From: Candidatus Latescibacterota bacterium
GTDB lineage: Bacteria; Latescibacterota; UBA2968; UBA8231
Assembly (NCBI GenBank): GCA_965223905.1
Contig: CBDCXV010000011.1
Location: 1,248,001 to 1,312,000 of the forward strand
Length of the DNA: 64,000 nucleotides
Direction of reading: 5' to 3'
Below, in pieces: positions 48,850-59,378 of this stretch. Within the stretch, counting starts at the first letter, position 1. Every line of letters begins with the position of its first letter. Position numbers and translations under genes: made by a program. A model generated the notes under the pieces. It saw nothing but the letters and a program-made list of their open reading frames with translations, had not been told where the DNA came from and did not search any database.

Positions 48850-49500
48850 TCAATCCAGCCCCGGCCCAATTCCACCGCGACGCTCTTCTTGCCCTTGTCT
48901 TCCACCGCCTGATCCGCGTTGTCATCGCCGACGGGTCCGAGGATCTTTATCCCCGAGCATCCATCGACATCGACGGGCATCCCGACAAAGCGCGGCACCT
49001 CGTCCATATAGAGCAATCCCACCCCCGGACTCGGGAACTTCAGCGCATCTCCCGCGCCCAAAGCGGCCAGCTCTCAAGCTCTGGCCCATCTGCGCGATTT
49101 CCTCGACGCTGCATTTCCGACCGCCCTTTTCCCATACCGCGTCCGTCACGAAAAGCGGCGTGCCTTTGACAGCCGCCACGCACATCGCGTCGCTGGGCCT
49201 GGCGTCCAGCTCTGTCACCGTTTCGCCGCTGCGGACCACGGCCACCGCGTAGTAGACATCCTGCTCCAGTTTTTCCACCCGCACCTCCACCAACTCCGCC
49301 TCGAGCGCATCGAGAATGTTGGCCGTCAACTGCGCCCCCAACGGGCGCGGGAAGCTGATTCCTCGACGCAAATACTTCAGCGCGGAGCCCTCGGCCTCGC
49401 CGATCACCACCGGCAATCTGCGTTTGCCATCGCGGTCCAACAGCCAGACCAGGAACTGGTCGCCCTGGGAGATCACATCGGCGATTTCAACCTTGGTCAT
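48846..49500 (-). CDS. Bifunctional nuclease (DUF151) domain protein, probable frameshift near 49070
   Basis: LPVVIGEAE, PRP, YYA, LDARPSDA motifs; the alternate frame 48846-49061 gives a plausible C-terminus overlapping the next start. Confidence 0.75.
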
Positions 49501-49581
49501 GTCCTGCTTCCTTTCATCGATATCGCCAGCAATAGCCCAAAAGCCGCTGAAGGCGGGTTGAAGATCGTCCCGCCTGGGAAC

Positions 49582-49909
49582 TCACCCGGCCGCACGATCC
49601 GTTCTTTCAGGTCGCCGAGGAGTCGACGGCGGTTCGTAGCGCACTACCTCGATCTGGTCTTCGCCCCTGCGAGCCTGCGCCAGATCGTACGAAGCCTGCC
49701 GGCGCAGCCAGAACTCCGCGCTCGACCATCCCGCCTTCTCCAGGCGAATGGCCATCTCCGGTGAAACGCCCGCATGGCCGTTCAATACGCGCGAAAAGCG
49801 TGTGGCGGGCGACACCCAACACTCTTGCCGCCTCGGTGACGTTCAGACCAAGAGGTTCCAGGCAGTTCATCCTGATGCTGAGGCCGGGATGGGGGGGGTT
49901 CATGGCCAT
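49582..49909 (-). pseudogene. higA: HigA antitoxin, frameshifted in a T run near 49796
   Basis: NPPHPG..LGLNVTEAA..LGV.R.TL|SRVLNG.A.VSPEMA.RL..FWLR.Q..YDL. Confidence 0.85.
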
Positions 49910-49926
49910 GGTTTTTCGCCTCTTCG

Positions 49927-50063
49927 CTAATGGTAGTCGATCAAGTCGACATCCCAGGCGTCACCCTCCTCAAAGCGGAAGATGATTCGCCGGTTGGCGG
50001 AAATCGAGATGCTCCAGACCCTTTCAGACTACCCTTCAGCGGATGAAGCCGATACCCCGGTAA
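49927..50063 (-). pseudogene. higB: HigB toxin C-terminal remnant
   Basis: LPGYRLHPLKG..(frameshift)WSISISANRRIIFRFEEGDAWDVDLIDYH*; 5' half absent. Confidence 0.8.
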
Positions 50064-50492
50064 CAGGAACGCCCATACCCTGGCGGGCAGGGAAGCTCCC
50101 AGCCTAGGGACCGCTGAACCCGCGGAATTCTGGTAGCGGCACCCTGTTATGGCGATTATCTCGCCGGCGCGGCCGCGCTTGCGCCAGGGTTACGTCCACC
50201 GGCTCCAGCCCCCGGACCTGTTCATTCGAGGATCTCCGTCACCATGGCTCAGCAAAGGTAAGCCCGGCACGCCGTCATGAGCCTGCGAGCCGAGGCTGCG
50301 CGCAGCCGCCCCGATTTCATCCTGTTCGTGCCCCGAGGAGGAGGAGGCTATGGAAAGCCCCATACCCCGGCGCCGGAAGCAGCCGTACCACCTCCTGGGT
50401 CAAGGTCTGTGAGGCCACGGGCACTGCCGGGAACGGACCCCTGGTCGCCCGAGGCGACAGTGCACCATCGTAATCAATGGGGAGTTGAGTTC

Positions 50493-53400
50493 ATGAAGGC
50501 GGCAATCATCTGTTCCATCGCGCTGTTCGGGTCTTTCGGCCATGCAGAAGCCCAACCCCTGGTCGAGGGCCGGGTGCGGCTTTCATCGGGCCAACCCGCG
50601 GCCGGCGCCCAGGTGCGGCTGTTCGATCTGTCCGATCTGCGGCGCTCGCTGGCAACGACGACCGATGAGACCGGGTACTTCGCCCTGCCCTCCGGGGCAT
50701 TGCGGGTGCCCGCGGCCGGGGACCTCCACTTGGGGCCGAACTACCCCAATCCGTTCAACCCCTCCACAGTCATCCCGTTCCACCTGCCGGCCTCGACGCC
50801 GGTGCGGCTCGAGGTCTTCAACCTCCTCGGGCAGCGGATCGCCACCCTGGTCGACGGGGAGCTGACCGCCGGATATCACACGGTTCCCTGGAACGGCACG
50901 GACGCCGCGGGGCGGCCGGTCGCCGCGGGGGTCTATCTCTACAGGCTGAGCTTTCCCGGAGGGGCGGAGACCGGGTCGATGGTGCTGACCGACGGCCGGG
51001 CGGGTGCTCCGGGCGCTGGCGGGGGCGCTCCTGCCGCGGCCCCCGGGCAGACCGCGGAGTCCGCCCCGGTGTACGGGCTGACGGTAGCCGGACCTGGCCT
51101 GGAGGCCTTCGTAGACCCGGCCTTCCGGGTGGAGGCAGGCATGGCCCCGGTCGACCTCGTCGTCGAAGCCCTCGGGGGCAGGCCGCGCCCCAAGGCCGCG
51201 GCAGCCTCCGGGCTGTTGGGGGACGTCGACAACAGCGGTCTCGTCGATATCGTCGACGCCCTGCTCCTCGCCATGTACAGCGCCAACCCCTCCATCGTCA
51301 TGCCCAACGGCGGCGACATCTCCCTGGGGGACGTCAACCAGGACGGCACGACCGACTTCACCGACGCCTGGCTCGTCGCCAGATACAGCCTCGATCCGTC
51401 CGATCCCTTGCTACCCCCGGGGATCGGAGAGCCGCTGGCTCCCCCCGCGGCCCTGTCGCCGGACCCGTCCACCGTCGAGTTCGGGAACGACGGCGCCTGG
51501 CACGCCTTCACGGTCCAGGCCGGCGAGCCCGTCGTGGTGGTGGCAAACCCGGGGGAGGGCGCCCCGCTGATGGAGATCAGCGCCAGGAGCACCCGGTTCA
51601 GCTTCTGTCCGGCCGAAGCCGGCGACGCCGTATCGACCGAGGACGGCAGCTCCATCTACCTGTCCGGGTGCGAGGCCGGCACCGGCACGGTCGAGCTGCG
51701 GCGGGCGGAGGACCAGTCGGTCCTGCGGACCTACACCATCGAGATCGAGGATACCGGCGGCAGCCCCCCCGACCTCGTCGTCGACCTCCCTGCGGTCAGC
51801 GACAGCAGCCTGAATACCGGACAGTCCTTCACCCTGAGCGTCACCGTCCGCAACCAGGGGGAGAAGGAATCGGAGGCGACCACCCTGCGCTACTACCGCT
51901 CTACGAACCGAACGATCTCCAGCTGGGATACGGAAGCCGGCACCGGGGCGGTGGGTGCTCTTTCCGCGGCCGGCACCGGCACCTTGTCGATCTCCCTGAC
52001 GGCACCGGCGAGCCCGGGAACCTGGTACTACGGCGCCTGTGTCGAGAGCGTCAGCGGAGAGGGGAACACGCGGAACAACTGCTCCCGAGGGGTGAAGGTG
52101 ACCGTCGGCAGCGCCGACCTCATCGTCGAATCCCCTGCGGCCAGCGACGCCAGCCCGGACGCCGGGGCGGCCTTCACCCTGAGCGCTACGGTCCGCAACC
52201 GGGGAGACAGCCGCTCGACCCTGACGGTGCTGCGCTACTACCGCTCGGATGACGCCACGATCTCGACCAGCGACACGCAGGTCGGCACCGACGCGGTGAG
52301 CTCCCTTTCGGGAAACGCCACCAGCCCCGAGTCGGTGCGGTTGACGGCACCGGCGAACCCGGGAACCTGGTACTACGGGGCCTGCGTCAGGCCCGTGCCC
52401 GGAGAATCCGACACCGGCAACAACTGCTCCGCGGCGGTCGAGGTGACCGTCGCAAGCTCCGACCTGGTGGTCGAGTCCCCCGCGGTCAGCGACGGCAGCC
52501 CGGAGACCGGGGCCTCCTTCACCTTGAGCGCCACGGTCCGCAACCAGGGCAGCAGCCAGTCCGCCTCGACCGTGCTGCGCTACTACCGCTCGCAGGACGC
52601 GGCGATCTCCACGAGCGACGCACAGGTGGGAACCAACGCTGTGGGTGCCCTCCCCGCCTCCGGCACCAGCGCCGAGTCGATCTCCCTGAGGGCTCCGGCG
52701 AGCCCGGCAACCTGGTACTACGGGGCCTGCGTTTCCCCGGTGTCAGGGGAATCCGATACCGGGAACAACTGTTCGTCCGCGGTGGAAGTAACGGTCACGG
52801 CCCCGGAGCCTCGGCTCTCGAAGATGTACTGGACCGACTGGGGAACCGACAGGATTCGCCGCGCCGATCTCGACGGCTCTCAGGTGGAGGAGCTGGTTGC
52901 CGGGGCGGGGCTTGAGGGCCCGGACGGGCTGGCCATCGACGCGGACGGCGGCAGGATGTACTGGACCGACGCGGGCACGGCCAAAATCCAGCGGGCCAAC
53001 CTGGACGGATCCGGGGTGGTAGACCTGGTGACCTCCGGACTCACCATACCCGCGGGGATTGCCCTCGACACGGATGCCGGCAAGATGTACTGGGCCGACG
53101 CCGGCACCGGGAAGATCCAGCGCGGCAACCTCGACGGCTCCGGGGTCGAGGACCTGGTCACCCGGGACGACGGGCTGGCCTTTCCCACGGGGCTGGCTCT
53201 CGATCCGGCGGGAGGGAGGATCTACTGGACGGACCCCGGCACCGACAGGATCCAGCGCGGAAACCTCGACGGCTCCCAGGTGCAGGACCTCGTTACCAGC
53301 GGGATCGACAATCCATCGGCGATCGCCCTCGATTTGAACGGGGGCAGGATGTACTGGACCGACCGCGGCACCCGGAAAATCCAGCGGGCAAACCTCGATG

Positions 53401-53615
53401 GTTCTGGGGTGGAAGACCTGGTCCCCAGGGACCTGGATCTTCCCGGCGGGATGGCGCTGGACCTGCGTGGCGGAAAGATGTACTGGACCGACCGGGGCAC
53501 CGGAAGGATCCTGCGGGCAAACCTCGACGGATCCGGGGTCGAGGAACTCCTGACCAGCGCGGTCGGGTTGGAGAATCCGTCGGGGTTGGCCCTGGCTCCG
53601 GAGGCCGGGAATTGA
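50493..53615 (+). CDS. Secreted modular protein: FlgD-Ig, dockerin, 3 CARDB, YWTD (LDL-receptor class B) propeller
   Basis: Signal peptide from ATG 50493; NYPNPFNPST; GDVDNSG and GDVNQDG dockerin; 3x DL.V..P..TL.ATVRN..LRYYRS..YYGACV..NNCS; 6x MYWTD..I.RANLDGS. Confidence 0.88.
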   Translation: MKAAIICSIALFGSFGHAEAQPLVEGRVRLSSGQPAAGAQVRLFDLSDLRRSLATTTDETGYFALPSGALRVPAAGDLHLGPNYPNPFNPSTVIPFHLPASTPVRLEVFNLLGQRIATLVDGELTAGYHTVPWNGTDAAGRPVAAGVYLYRLSFPGGAETGSMVLTDGRAGAPGAGGGAPAAAPGQTAESAPVYGLTVAGPGLEAFVDPAFRVEAGMAPVDLVVEALGGRPRPKAAAASGLLGDVDNSGLVDIVDALLLAMYSANPSIVMPNGGDISLGDVNQDGTTDFTDAWLVARYSLDPSDPLLPPGIGEPLAPPAALSPDPSTVEFGNDGAWHAFTVQAGEPVVVVANPGEGAPLMEISARSTRFSFCPAEAGDAVSTEDGSSIYLSGCEAGTGTVELRRAEDQSVLRTYTIEIEDTGGSPPDLVVDLPAVSDSSLNTGQSFTLSVTVRNQGEKESEATTLRYYRSTNRTISSWDTEAGTGAVGALSAAGTGTLSISLTAPASPGTWYYGACVESVSGEGNTRNNCSRGVKVTVGSADLIVESPAASDASPDAGAAFTLSATVRNRGDSRSTLTVLRYYRSDDATISTSDTQVGTDAVSSLSGNATSPESVRLTAPANPGTWYYGACVRPVPGESDTGNNCSAAVEVTVASSDLVVESPAVSDGSPETGASFTLSATVRNQGSSQSASTVLRYYRSQDAAISTSDAQVGTNAVGALPASGTSAESISLRAPASPATWYYGACVSPVSGESDTGNNCSSAVEVTVTAPEPRLSKMYWTDWGTDRIRRADLDGSQVEELVAGAGLEGPDGLAIDADGGRMYWTDAGTAKIQRANLDGSGVVDLVTSGLTIPAGIALDTDAGKMYWADAGTGKIQRGNLDGSGVEDLVTRDDGLAFPTGLALDPAGGRIYWTDPGTDRIQRGNLDGSQVQDLVTSGIDNPSAIALDLNGGRMYWTDRGTRKIQRANLDGSGVEDLVPRDLDLPGGMALDLRGGKMYWTDRGTGRILRANLDGSGVEELLTSAVGLENPSGLALAPEAGN

Positions 53616-53656
53616 GATCTGGTACCGTGCGGAGTTTTTTATCAAAGGAGATGTAA

Positions 53657-53911
53657 TTGATGAACGAATCAGCAATACGACTCCGTATCGAGCCTTTGGA
53701 TGAAGGAGGGTTTCTCGCCACGAGCCCTGACGTTCCAGGCTTGGTTGCACAAGGTCGCAGCGTCACTGAAGTCGCGGAGATAGCACAGGGGCTGGCACGA
53801 AAGATTGCAGAGTCGTGCATTGAACACGGCGACCCCCTGCCGCACGCATTGAGATCACACCCGAAGGATCACACCGAAATCGATCTGATGGTACCCGTCA
53901 GCGTTCCGTAA
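53657..53911 (+). CDS. HicB-like antitoxin
   Basis: IEPLDEGGFLATSPDVPGLVAQGRS..E. Confidence 0.85.
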   Translation: MMNESAIRLRIEPLDEGGFLATSPDVPGLVAQGRSVTEVAEIAQGLARKIAESCIEHGDPLPHALRSHPKDHTEIDLMVPVSVP

Positions 53912-53970
53912 TGGGACGACTCTCCGGGTTCAAGTATCGAGAAGTCGTTTGGCGCCTGCGATATTTTTAG
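53911..53970 (+). pseudogene. Truncated HicA toxin (19 codons)
   Basis: TAATG-coupled MGRLSGFKYREVVWRLRYF*, a typical HicA N-terminus that stops before the GSH motif. Confidence 0.65.
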
Positions 53971-54095
53971 CACAAGCTTACCCTCCTGCGGTAGGCGCCT
54001 AAAAGAATCTTCAGCTTCGAATTGGCCAATGTGGCACCCATGCCGGACATGCGGGGGCGCCATTTCCAGGACATTGAAACTCTCCTGAATCCAGC

Positions 54096-54248
54096 GGCCA
54101 GGTTTTGTCCCCTTGCGAAAACCGGTCCACCCCGGCAACTGCCCGCCATTTCAACTTTACAGCAATTGTCTGCATTGCCATGCGGGGCAGACGATTGAGT
54201 CCTGTCAATGCGTAGCACTTAAAAAGCGGTCAGATTTTGTCCCCTTGC
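54096..54248. promoter_or_regulatory. Two GGnCA-N5-TGTCCCCTTG boxes upstream of the Omp85 operon
   Basis: GGCCAGGTTTTGTCCCCTTGC from 54096 and GGTCAGATTTTGTCCCCTTGC from 54228. Confidence 0.5.
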
Positions 54249-54470
54249 ACTTTTTTCCGGCCCCCAGGTCGACTGCTCGCTTGTTTCAATTCTTTGGAAT
54301 CTTATGCATCCCATGCAGGTCAGACATGAACCCTGTCGATCTGAAGCACGCTGAATGGTGTCGGTCTATGAGCCGGCCTTTCTGATTTTACGGTTTCGAT
54401 CTCCAGATTGCGTTTGACGCGCCCCACGCGTCCTGACTAGGATACAGGCCATGCAAAAGGTGAACCCTGC

Positions 54471-55829
54471 ATGATAACCAAAGGTGTCACGATGCTTCGA
54501 TCCCTTTCCCTTGTCCTGGTGTTGACCGCACTGGCTGCGCCGGCTGTGGGGCAAACCGTCCCCACCGCAGCCGCGGAAACCGACACAACCGACGTCTACG
54601 AGACGCGGAACAACCACGTGCTCGCCTTTCCGAAGTACGTCTGGAACGCCCTGGTGTTCCCGCTCGGCAAGTTCACCATCTGGCTCGAACGGAAAGAGGT
54701 TCTCCAGCGGCTGATCGAGATGTTCACCTTCCAGGACATCTTCGAGCTGTATCCGAACGCGACCCTGGGTGGGGAAACCGGAACCGCCGGCGGATACGAG
54801 ATGTTTTACACCAATCTGTTCGGACGCGGAAAAGGGATCTCGACCAGCCTGATCGCCAACCGCTCCAACTACAGCTGGGTCGTCCTGTACGAGGACCCGG
54901 GGATCGGCGGCGGTCCCTGGTACTGGAACGCCTCTGTCGAAGCGCTGAAGACGGGTTATGAGGACGCCACCATAAACGGCGAGCTGCGTGGGTCGGGGTC
55001 CCTGCTCGAGCACGAACAGAGAGATACCAGGATTTCTTTTGGGCGCCGCTCCAACTACGGCGAGACCGAGGGGTACGAACCGGAAGCGGTTCTCGAGCTG
55101 CGGCTGTCCCACGGCTTCCGCGAGTTCGCGGCAGGCGATCTCCACCCCGGCGACTTTCCCGGCCTGAACGAGTCGGTCAACCTGTTCTCGGTCGGCGCCA
55201 TGGCGGCCTTCGACGACCGGGACTTCAAGCCGCCGGCCGCCTCGATCAGCCTTCCGCTGAACTACCAGCTGCCCGGGCGGGTCCTTCTTTTCGCCGACGA
55301 CCGCTACTACAGCTTTCGCGACACCGCCTTCCCCGAGCGCGGAGGGCTCGCCCGCATCGAGGCGGATTACGCAGCCGGCTCCGAGGACGTCCGGTATTTC
55401 CGTTACACAGCCGAGCTCCAGCGCTTCTTCACCCTGTTTTTCAGGAACCGCATCCTCGGGATCAGGGCGCGGCTCGAGAAGGCGCATGCCCTGGGAGACG
55501 TCAGCTTCATCCCCTATTCCGACATGCCCACTCTGGGCGGCGATGGGCAGTTGCGCGGGTACCGGCGCGGATTCTTTCGCGACACGGGCAGCCTGCTGTT
55601 CAGCGCCGAATACCGCTACCCGATCTGGGACACCTGGAACGCCGTCCTGTTCTGGGACGAAGGGCAGGTGTTCGGCAAGTACGGCGACCTCGAACCGGGC
55701 GGGTTCGAGTACAGCTACGGCGCCGGCATCAGCGTGCGCACGGAGCGTTCCTTCCTGTTCGGGGTGCGCATCGCCCGCAGCAAGGAGGAGAAGGCGTTGA
55801 CCGGCTTCTCGCTGGAAAAGGAGTTCTGA
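54471..55829 (+). CDS. Omp85/BamA-TamA family outer-membrane barrel without obvious POTRA domains
   Basis: Signal peptide; LGG..LRGY..FRD, AEYRYP, F.D.G.V, YG.G motifs; terminal Phe. Start may be 54492. Confidence 0.85.
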   Translation: MITKGVTMLRSLSLVLVLTALAAPAVGQTVPTAAAETDTTDVYETRNNHVLAFPKYVWNALVFPLGKFTIWLERKEVLQRLIEMFTFQDIFELYPNATLGGETGTAGGYEMFYTNLFGRGKGISTSLIANRSNYSWVVLYEDPGIGGGPWYWNASVEALKTGYEDATINGELRGSGSLLEHEQRDTRISFGRRSNYGETEGYEPEAVLELRLSHGFREFAAGDLHPGDFPGLNESVNLFSVGAMAAFDDRDFKPPAASISLPLNYQLPGRVLLFADDRYYSFRDTAFPERGGLARIEADYAAGSEDVRYFRYTAELQRFFTLFFRNRILGIRARLEKAHALGDVSFIPYSDMPTLGGDGQLRGYRRGFFRDTGSLLFSAEYRYPIWDTWNAVLFWDEGQVFGKYGDLEPGGFEYSYGAGISVRTERSFLFGVRIARSKEEKALTGFSLEKEF

Positions 55830-57505
55830 TGGGCTCTCGGCGAGTCGCCATGCTGCTGGTTCCTGTGCTGTTGCTGCCGATCGCCGGCATGGCCGCCCCG
55901 GAGCTGACCGCCGATCCCGTCAAGTGGTTCGACGCCGACAACAAGCCGGTCCCCGAGCCGGCCGAGGCCGAGGAGAACAAGGTCTGGGACTTCATTGACA
56001 AATCCTCCTTTTACCAGGTCGGCAAGGTGCTGGACCTGGGGTGGACCGCGCGTCGAGTCGGAGACCTCCTCGGCGTCGTCGGACCGCGCCAGGCCGACAA
56101 CGTCAACGCCCTCGACGAGGTCCCCAACTCCTCCTGGTTCACCAACCGGCACTTCCTGCTGCCGATGACCCTGGAAGAGCTGGCGGAAGGACCCGGTTTC
56201 GCCGAAGCCGACGACAGCGGCCCCTGGGAGATCGTCGCCGGCAAGTTCGAGGGGATCACCGCGGGTTTCACCATCAAGGACGCCTCGAAGCGGTACTTCC
56301 TGCTCAAGTTCGATTCCGAAGGGAACAACGAGATGGGATCCGGGGCCGAGGCGGTCGCCACCAAGGTGCTGTACGCGGCCGGCTACAACGTTCCCCACAA
56401 CTCCGTCCTCTACTTCGATCCCGGACAGCTGCAGATCGGACCGAAGGCCAGGGTGCCGGCGAAAGACGGCGGCAAGCGGCCGATGACCCCGAAGGACCTC
56501 CGGGAAATCCTCGCCCACATCACCCCGCAGCCCGACGGCACCCTGCGCTGCCTCGCCAGCCAGTTCCTCACGGGAAAACCGGTCGGCGTCTTCAACTACA
56601 ACGGGCGACGCAGGGACGACCCCAACGACCGGGTCGACCACGAGCACCGGCGCGAGCTGAGGGGGCTGCGCGTCATCGGCTCCTGGCTCAACGATGCCGA
56701 CCGCCGGGCGGCCAATACCCTGGACATGTACGTGACCGGGGCGGACGGCCGCCGCTACGTCCGCCACTACCTGATCGACATGGGCTCCGCCCTCGGCAGC
56801 GGCAGCTGGAGACCGCACCAGCCCAAGCACGGCAACGAGTACATGGTGGACCCGCGCACGATCTTGCGGTCGCTGGTATCGCTGGGGTTCTACATGAAGA
56901 AGTGGGAAGAGCCGGTGCCGATGCCGTACATCTCGCTCGGATACTTCGAGAACGAGACCTTCCGTCCCGGGGGCTGGGTGCCGGACTATCCCAACCCGGC
57001 GTTCGAACGCTGCACCAACCGGGACGGGTACTGGGGCGCCAAGATCGTCATGGGCTTCCGCGACGACGAAATCCGCGCCATGGTCGAGAGGGGGCGCTAC
57101 TCCGATCCGGGCGCCACCGCGGAGCTGACCCGGCTCCTGGCCGAACGCCGGGACATGATCGGGCGCTACTGGTTCGAGCGCGTCAACCCGCTGGATCGCT
57201 TTGAAGTGGAAGACAGCCGGCTTCGGTTCGTCGATCTCGCCGTGGAGGGGGAGCTGGTACCGCGCGAATCGCGGCAGTGGCGGTATGCCGTTGTCGATGC
57301 AGACGGGGACCGTATTGCGGAGCCGCGTGTTATATCCGAGCCGGTCATCCCGATCGGCGAGGAGGCGCGGGCGGGGCAGTTCTTCGGCTACCGGATCCGG
57401 AGCCGCAGCGGCGAGAGCGGGAAGTGGAGCAAGAAGACCACGGTGTTTCTATACAAGCACGAGGACGGCCGCCTGCAACTGGTGCGGATCGACCGGGAAG
57501 AGTGA
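55829..57505 (+). CDS. Secreted protein with atypical (HipA/PI3-4K/CotH-like) kinase motifs
   Basis: Signal peptide; EGITAGF..LLKFD, GAEAVATK..AAGYNVP, WLNDADRRAAN, YLIDMGS; translationally coupled (TGATG) to Omp85. Confidence 0.7.
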   Translation: MGSRRVAMLLVPVLLLPIAGMAAPELTADPVKWFDADNKPVPEPAEAEENKVWDFIDKSSFYQVGKVLDLGWTARRVGDLLGVVGPRQADNVNALDEVPNSSWFTNRHFLLPMTLEELAEGPGFAEADDSGPWEIVAGKFEGITAGFTIKDASKRYFLLKFDSEGNNEMGSGAEAVATKVLYAAGYNVPHNSVLYFDPGQLQIGPKARVPAKDGGKRPMTPKDLREILAHITPQPDGTLRCLASQFLTGKPVGVFNYNGRRRDDPNDRVDHEHRRELRGLRVIGSWLNDADRRAANTLDMYVTGADGRRYVRHYLIDMGSALGSGSWRPHQPKHGNEYMVDPRTILRSLVSLGFYMKKWEEPVPMPYISLGYFENETFRPGGWVPDYPNPAFERCTNRDGYWGAKIVMGFRDDEIRAMVERGRYSDPGATAELTRLLAERRDMIGRYWFERVNPLDRFEVEDSRLRFVDLAVEGELVPRESRQWRYAVVDADGDRIAEPRVISEPVIPIGEEARAGQFFGYRIRSRSGESGKWSKKTTVFLYKHEDGRLQLVRIDREE

Positions 57506-57528
57506 GCGCAAGGAGAAAGGAATAGGGA

Positions 57529-58977
57529 ATGGACGTTCTGGGGTTCGAGTTTTTCCAGGGTTTCATGCATTACCTCGGCGTGCTGCAGTGGCCGCTGGTC
57601 GTCGTCTTCCTGCTGTTCATCGCCTGGCAGATACGGGGTTTCGCGCCGGAGGAGCGGCTGCAGACCGGCCTGATGTTTTCCTACTTCTTCCTGGTGATCA
57701 CGACCTTCTGGATCCTCAAGCCGATCAAGAAGGGGCTCTTCATCAGCTACTACAAAGAGGTCGGCGGCTTCGACCTGCTGGGCTGGTGGCAGTTCGACGC
57801 GGCGCAGGCCGAGCTGCTTGCCAAAGTCCTCAACATGGCGGTCGCCGCCGCGGCGGTCGCCGTCTTCACCCTTCTCGCCCGCTCCTTCCGTCGCCAGCAG
57901 CTCACCTTCATTCTGTCGGGCTTCTTCATTCTCTGTTACCTGGCCTACAGCTTCCTCCTCGACAATGCCGGCGGCGGCACCGTCTGGACCTTCTACCTGT
58001 TCGGCGACCTGTTCAGCACGTTGATGGTCGCCACCTTCTTCGCCTTCCTCAACGACAGCGTCGATCCTTCCTCCGCCAAGCGGCTCTACGGGCTGATCGG
58101 TCTCGGGGGGGTTTCGGGAGGTTTCTTCGGCAGCGCCGTCGTCGGCGTCAACGTCAAGAGCCTCAGCCCGGCGCTGTCCATGTGGTTGTGCCTGGCGATC
58201 GCCGTCGCCATCGCGCTTGTCGCCCTGGCCGCGGGCCGGGTAGTAAGCCGCAAGCTGGCGGCGCAGGAAACCGGGGGAAGCAAAGCGGAGGATGCATCCG
58301 ATTCTCAAGCCGCCCAGACTGAAGATCAGCCCCAGGGGAATCCGGCCTGGGAAGGTGCGCGGCTCGCCCTGCGCTCGCGGTATCTACTGTCGGTGGTGGC
58401 CATCGTCGGTCTCTACGAAATGGTCTCCACCATAATGGATTTCCAGTTCACCTCGACGGTGCTCCACTACCTCGACGGCCCGCAGATCGGAGAGCATTTC
58501 CCGCGCGTGTTCACGTTCACCAACATGGTCGCCCTCGTCGTTCAGCTGTTTCTCACCAGCTTCGTGATGACGCGGTTCGGTGTCGGCCCGGCGCTGCTGT
58601 TCCTTCCGGTTGCTGCCCTTCTGGGTTCGGCAGGATTCCTGATCGCCCCGGTGCTCCTCCTCGGGAGCCTGTTGAACACGACCGACAACGGCTTCAGCTA
58701 CTCGATCAACCAGTCGGCGAAGGAAGCCCTCTACGTTCCCACCACGCGGGACGAGAAGTACAAGGCCAAGGCTTTCATCGACATGTTCGTGCAGCGGTTC
58801 GCCAAGGCACTGGCCGTCGGCCTGAGTCTTTTGATTACGACCCTGTTTGCAGGGTATTCGAGCATTCGCTGGTTGTCGCTGGTGACCGCCGCCATCCTGT
58901 TGTTGTGGATCCTCGCCGCCCGTTACGCAGGCCGGAGTTTCCGCGAGAAGGAGGAGGGGGCTGCCGCGTCGGTGTGA
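57529..58977 (+). CDS. NTT/TLC family (Npt1-like ATP/ADP translocase) MFS transporter
   Basis: About 12 TM segments; ILKPIK, F..LND..AKRLYGLI, YSINQSAKEALYVP..EKYKAK..ID..R. Confidence 0.82.
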   Translation: MDVLGFEFFQGFMHYLGVLQWPLVVVFLLFIAWQIRGFAPEERLQTGLMFSYFFLVITTFWILKPIKKGLFISYYKEVGGFDLLGWWQFDAAQAELLAKVLNMAVAAAAVAVFTLLARSFRRQQLTFILSGFFILCYLAYSFLLDNAGGGTVWTFYLFGDLFSTLMVATFFAFLNDSVDPSSAKRLYGLIGLGGVSGGFFGSAVVGVNVKSLSPALSMWLCLAIAVAIALVALAAGRVVSRKLAAQETGGSKAEDASDSQAAQTEDQPQGNPAWEGARLALRSRYLLSVVAIVGLYEMVSTIMDFQFTSTVLHYLDGPQIGEHFPRVFTFTNMVALVVQLFLTSFVMTRFGVGPALLFLPVAALLGSAGFLIAPVLLLGSLLNTTDNGFSYSINQSAKEALYVPTTRDEKYKAKAFIDMFVQRFAKALAVGLSLLITTLFAGYSSIRWLSLVTAAILLLWILAARYAGRSFREKEEGAAASV

Positions 58978-59378
58978 CAGACAGAAGAGACGAAACGGGA
59001 CCGAAGTCATTCAGTCCCCCGGCGGCCGTGTGACGCCGATCCTCGGGGTGCTCGCTTCTTTGGTCGGAACGAAGGGCACGACCGCTCGATCCGTATGACC
59101 TGCGGTCTAAGGCCGTCCAAAAGCTTAACTCCGATCCGGGCAGCACCTGGAATAGCCTCAGCTGAGAACTGGGCGCTGTCATTCCGCTAGGAACGGATGG
59201 CGGTGGCAAACCTGCGAGGCGACCGTCGCCTTGCCCCCCTGATCTATCGTTCGACCCTGGACCGTTGGTAAGGTCCATGTTCTGAGTCTAATGGCTGATT
59301 CTATCTATATTATCCCCCAAAATAAACCCAGGGGGATTCGGCGGCTCCTGGAGGATGCTCTGCAACTTAAGTGCCTGC

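Noticed and set aside
58978-59378. Small gene or ncRNA between the NTT and mscS genes
   Set aside because: The ORFs have no motifs or clear RBS and the hairpins are short; not supportable.
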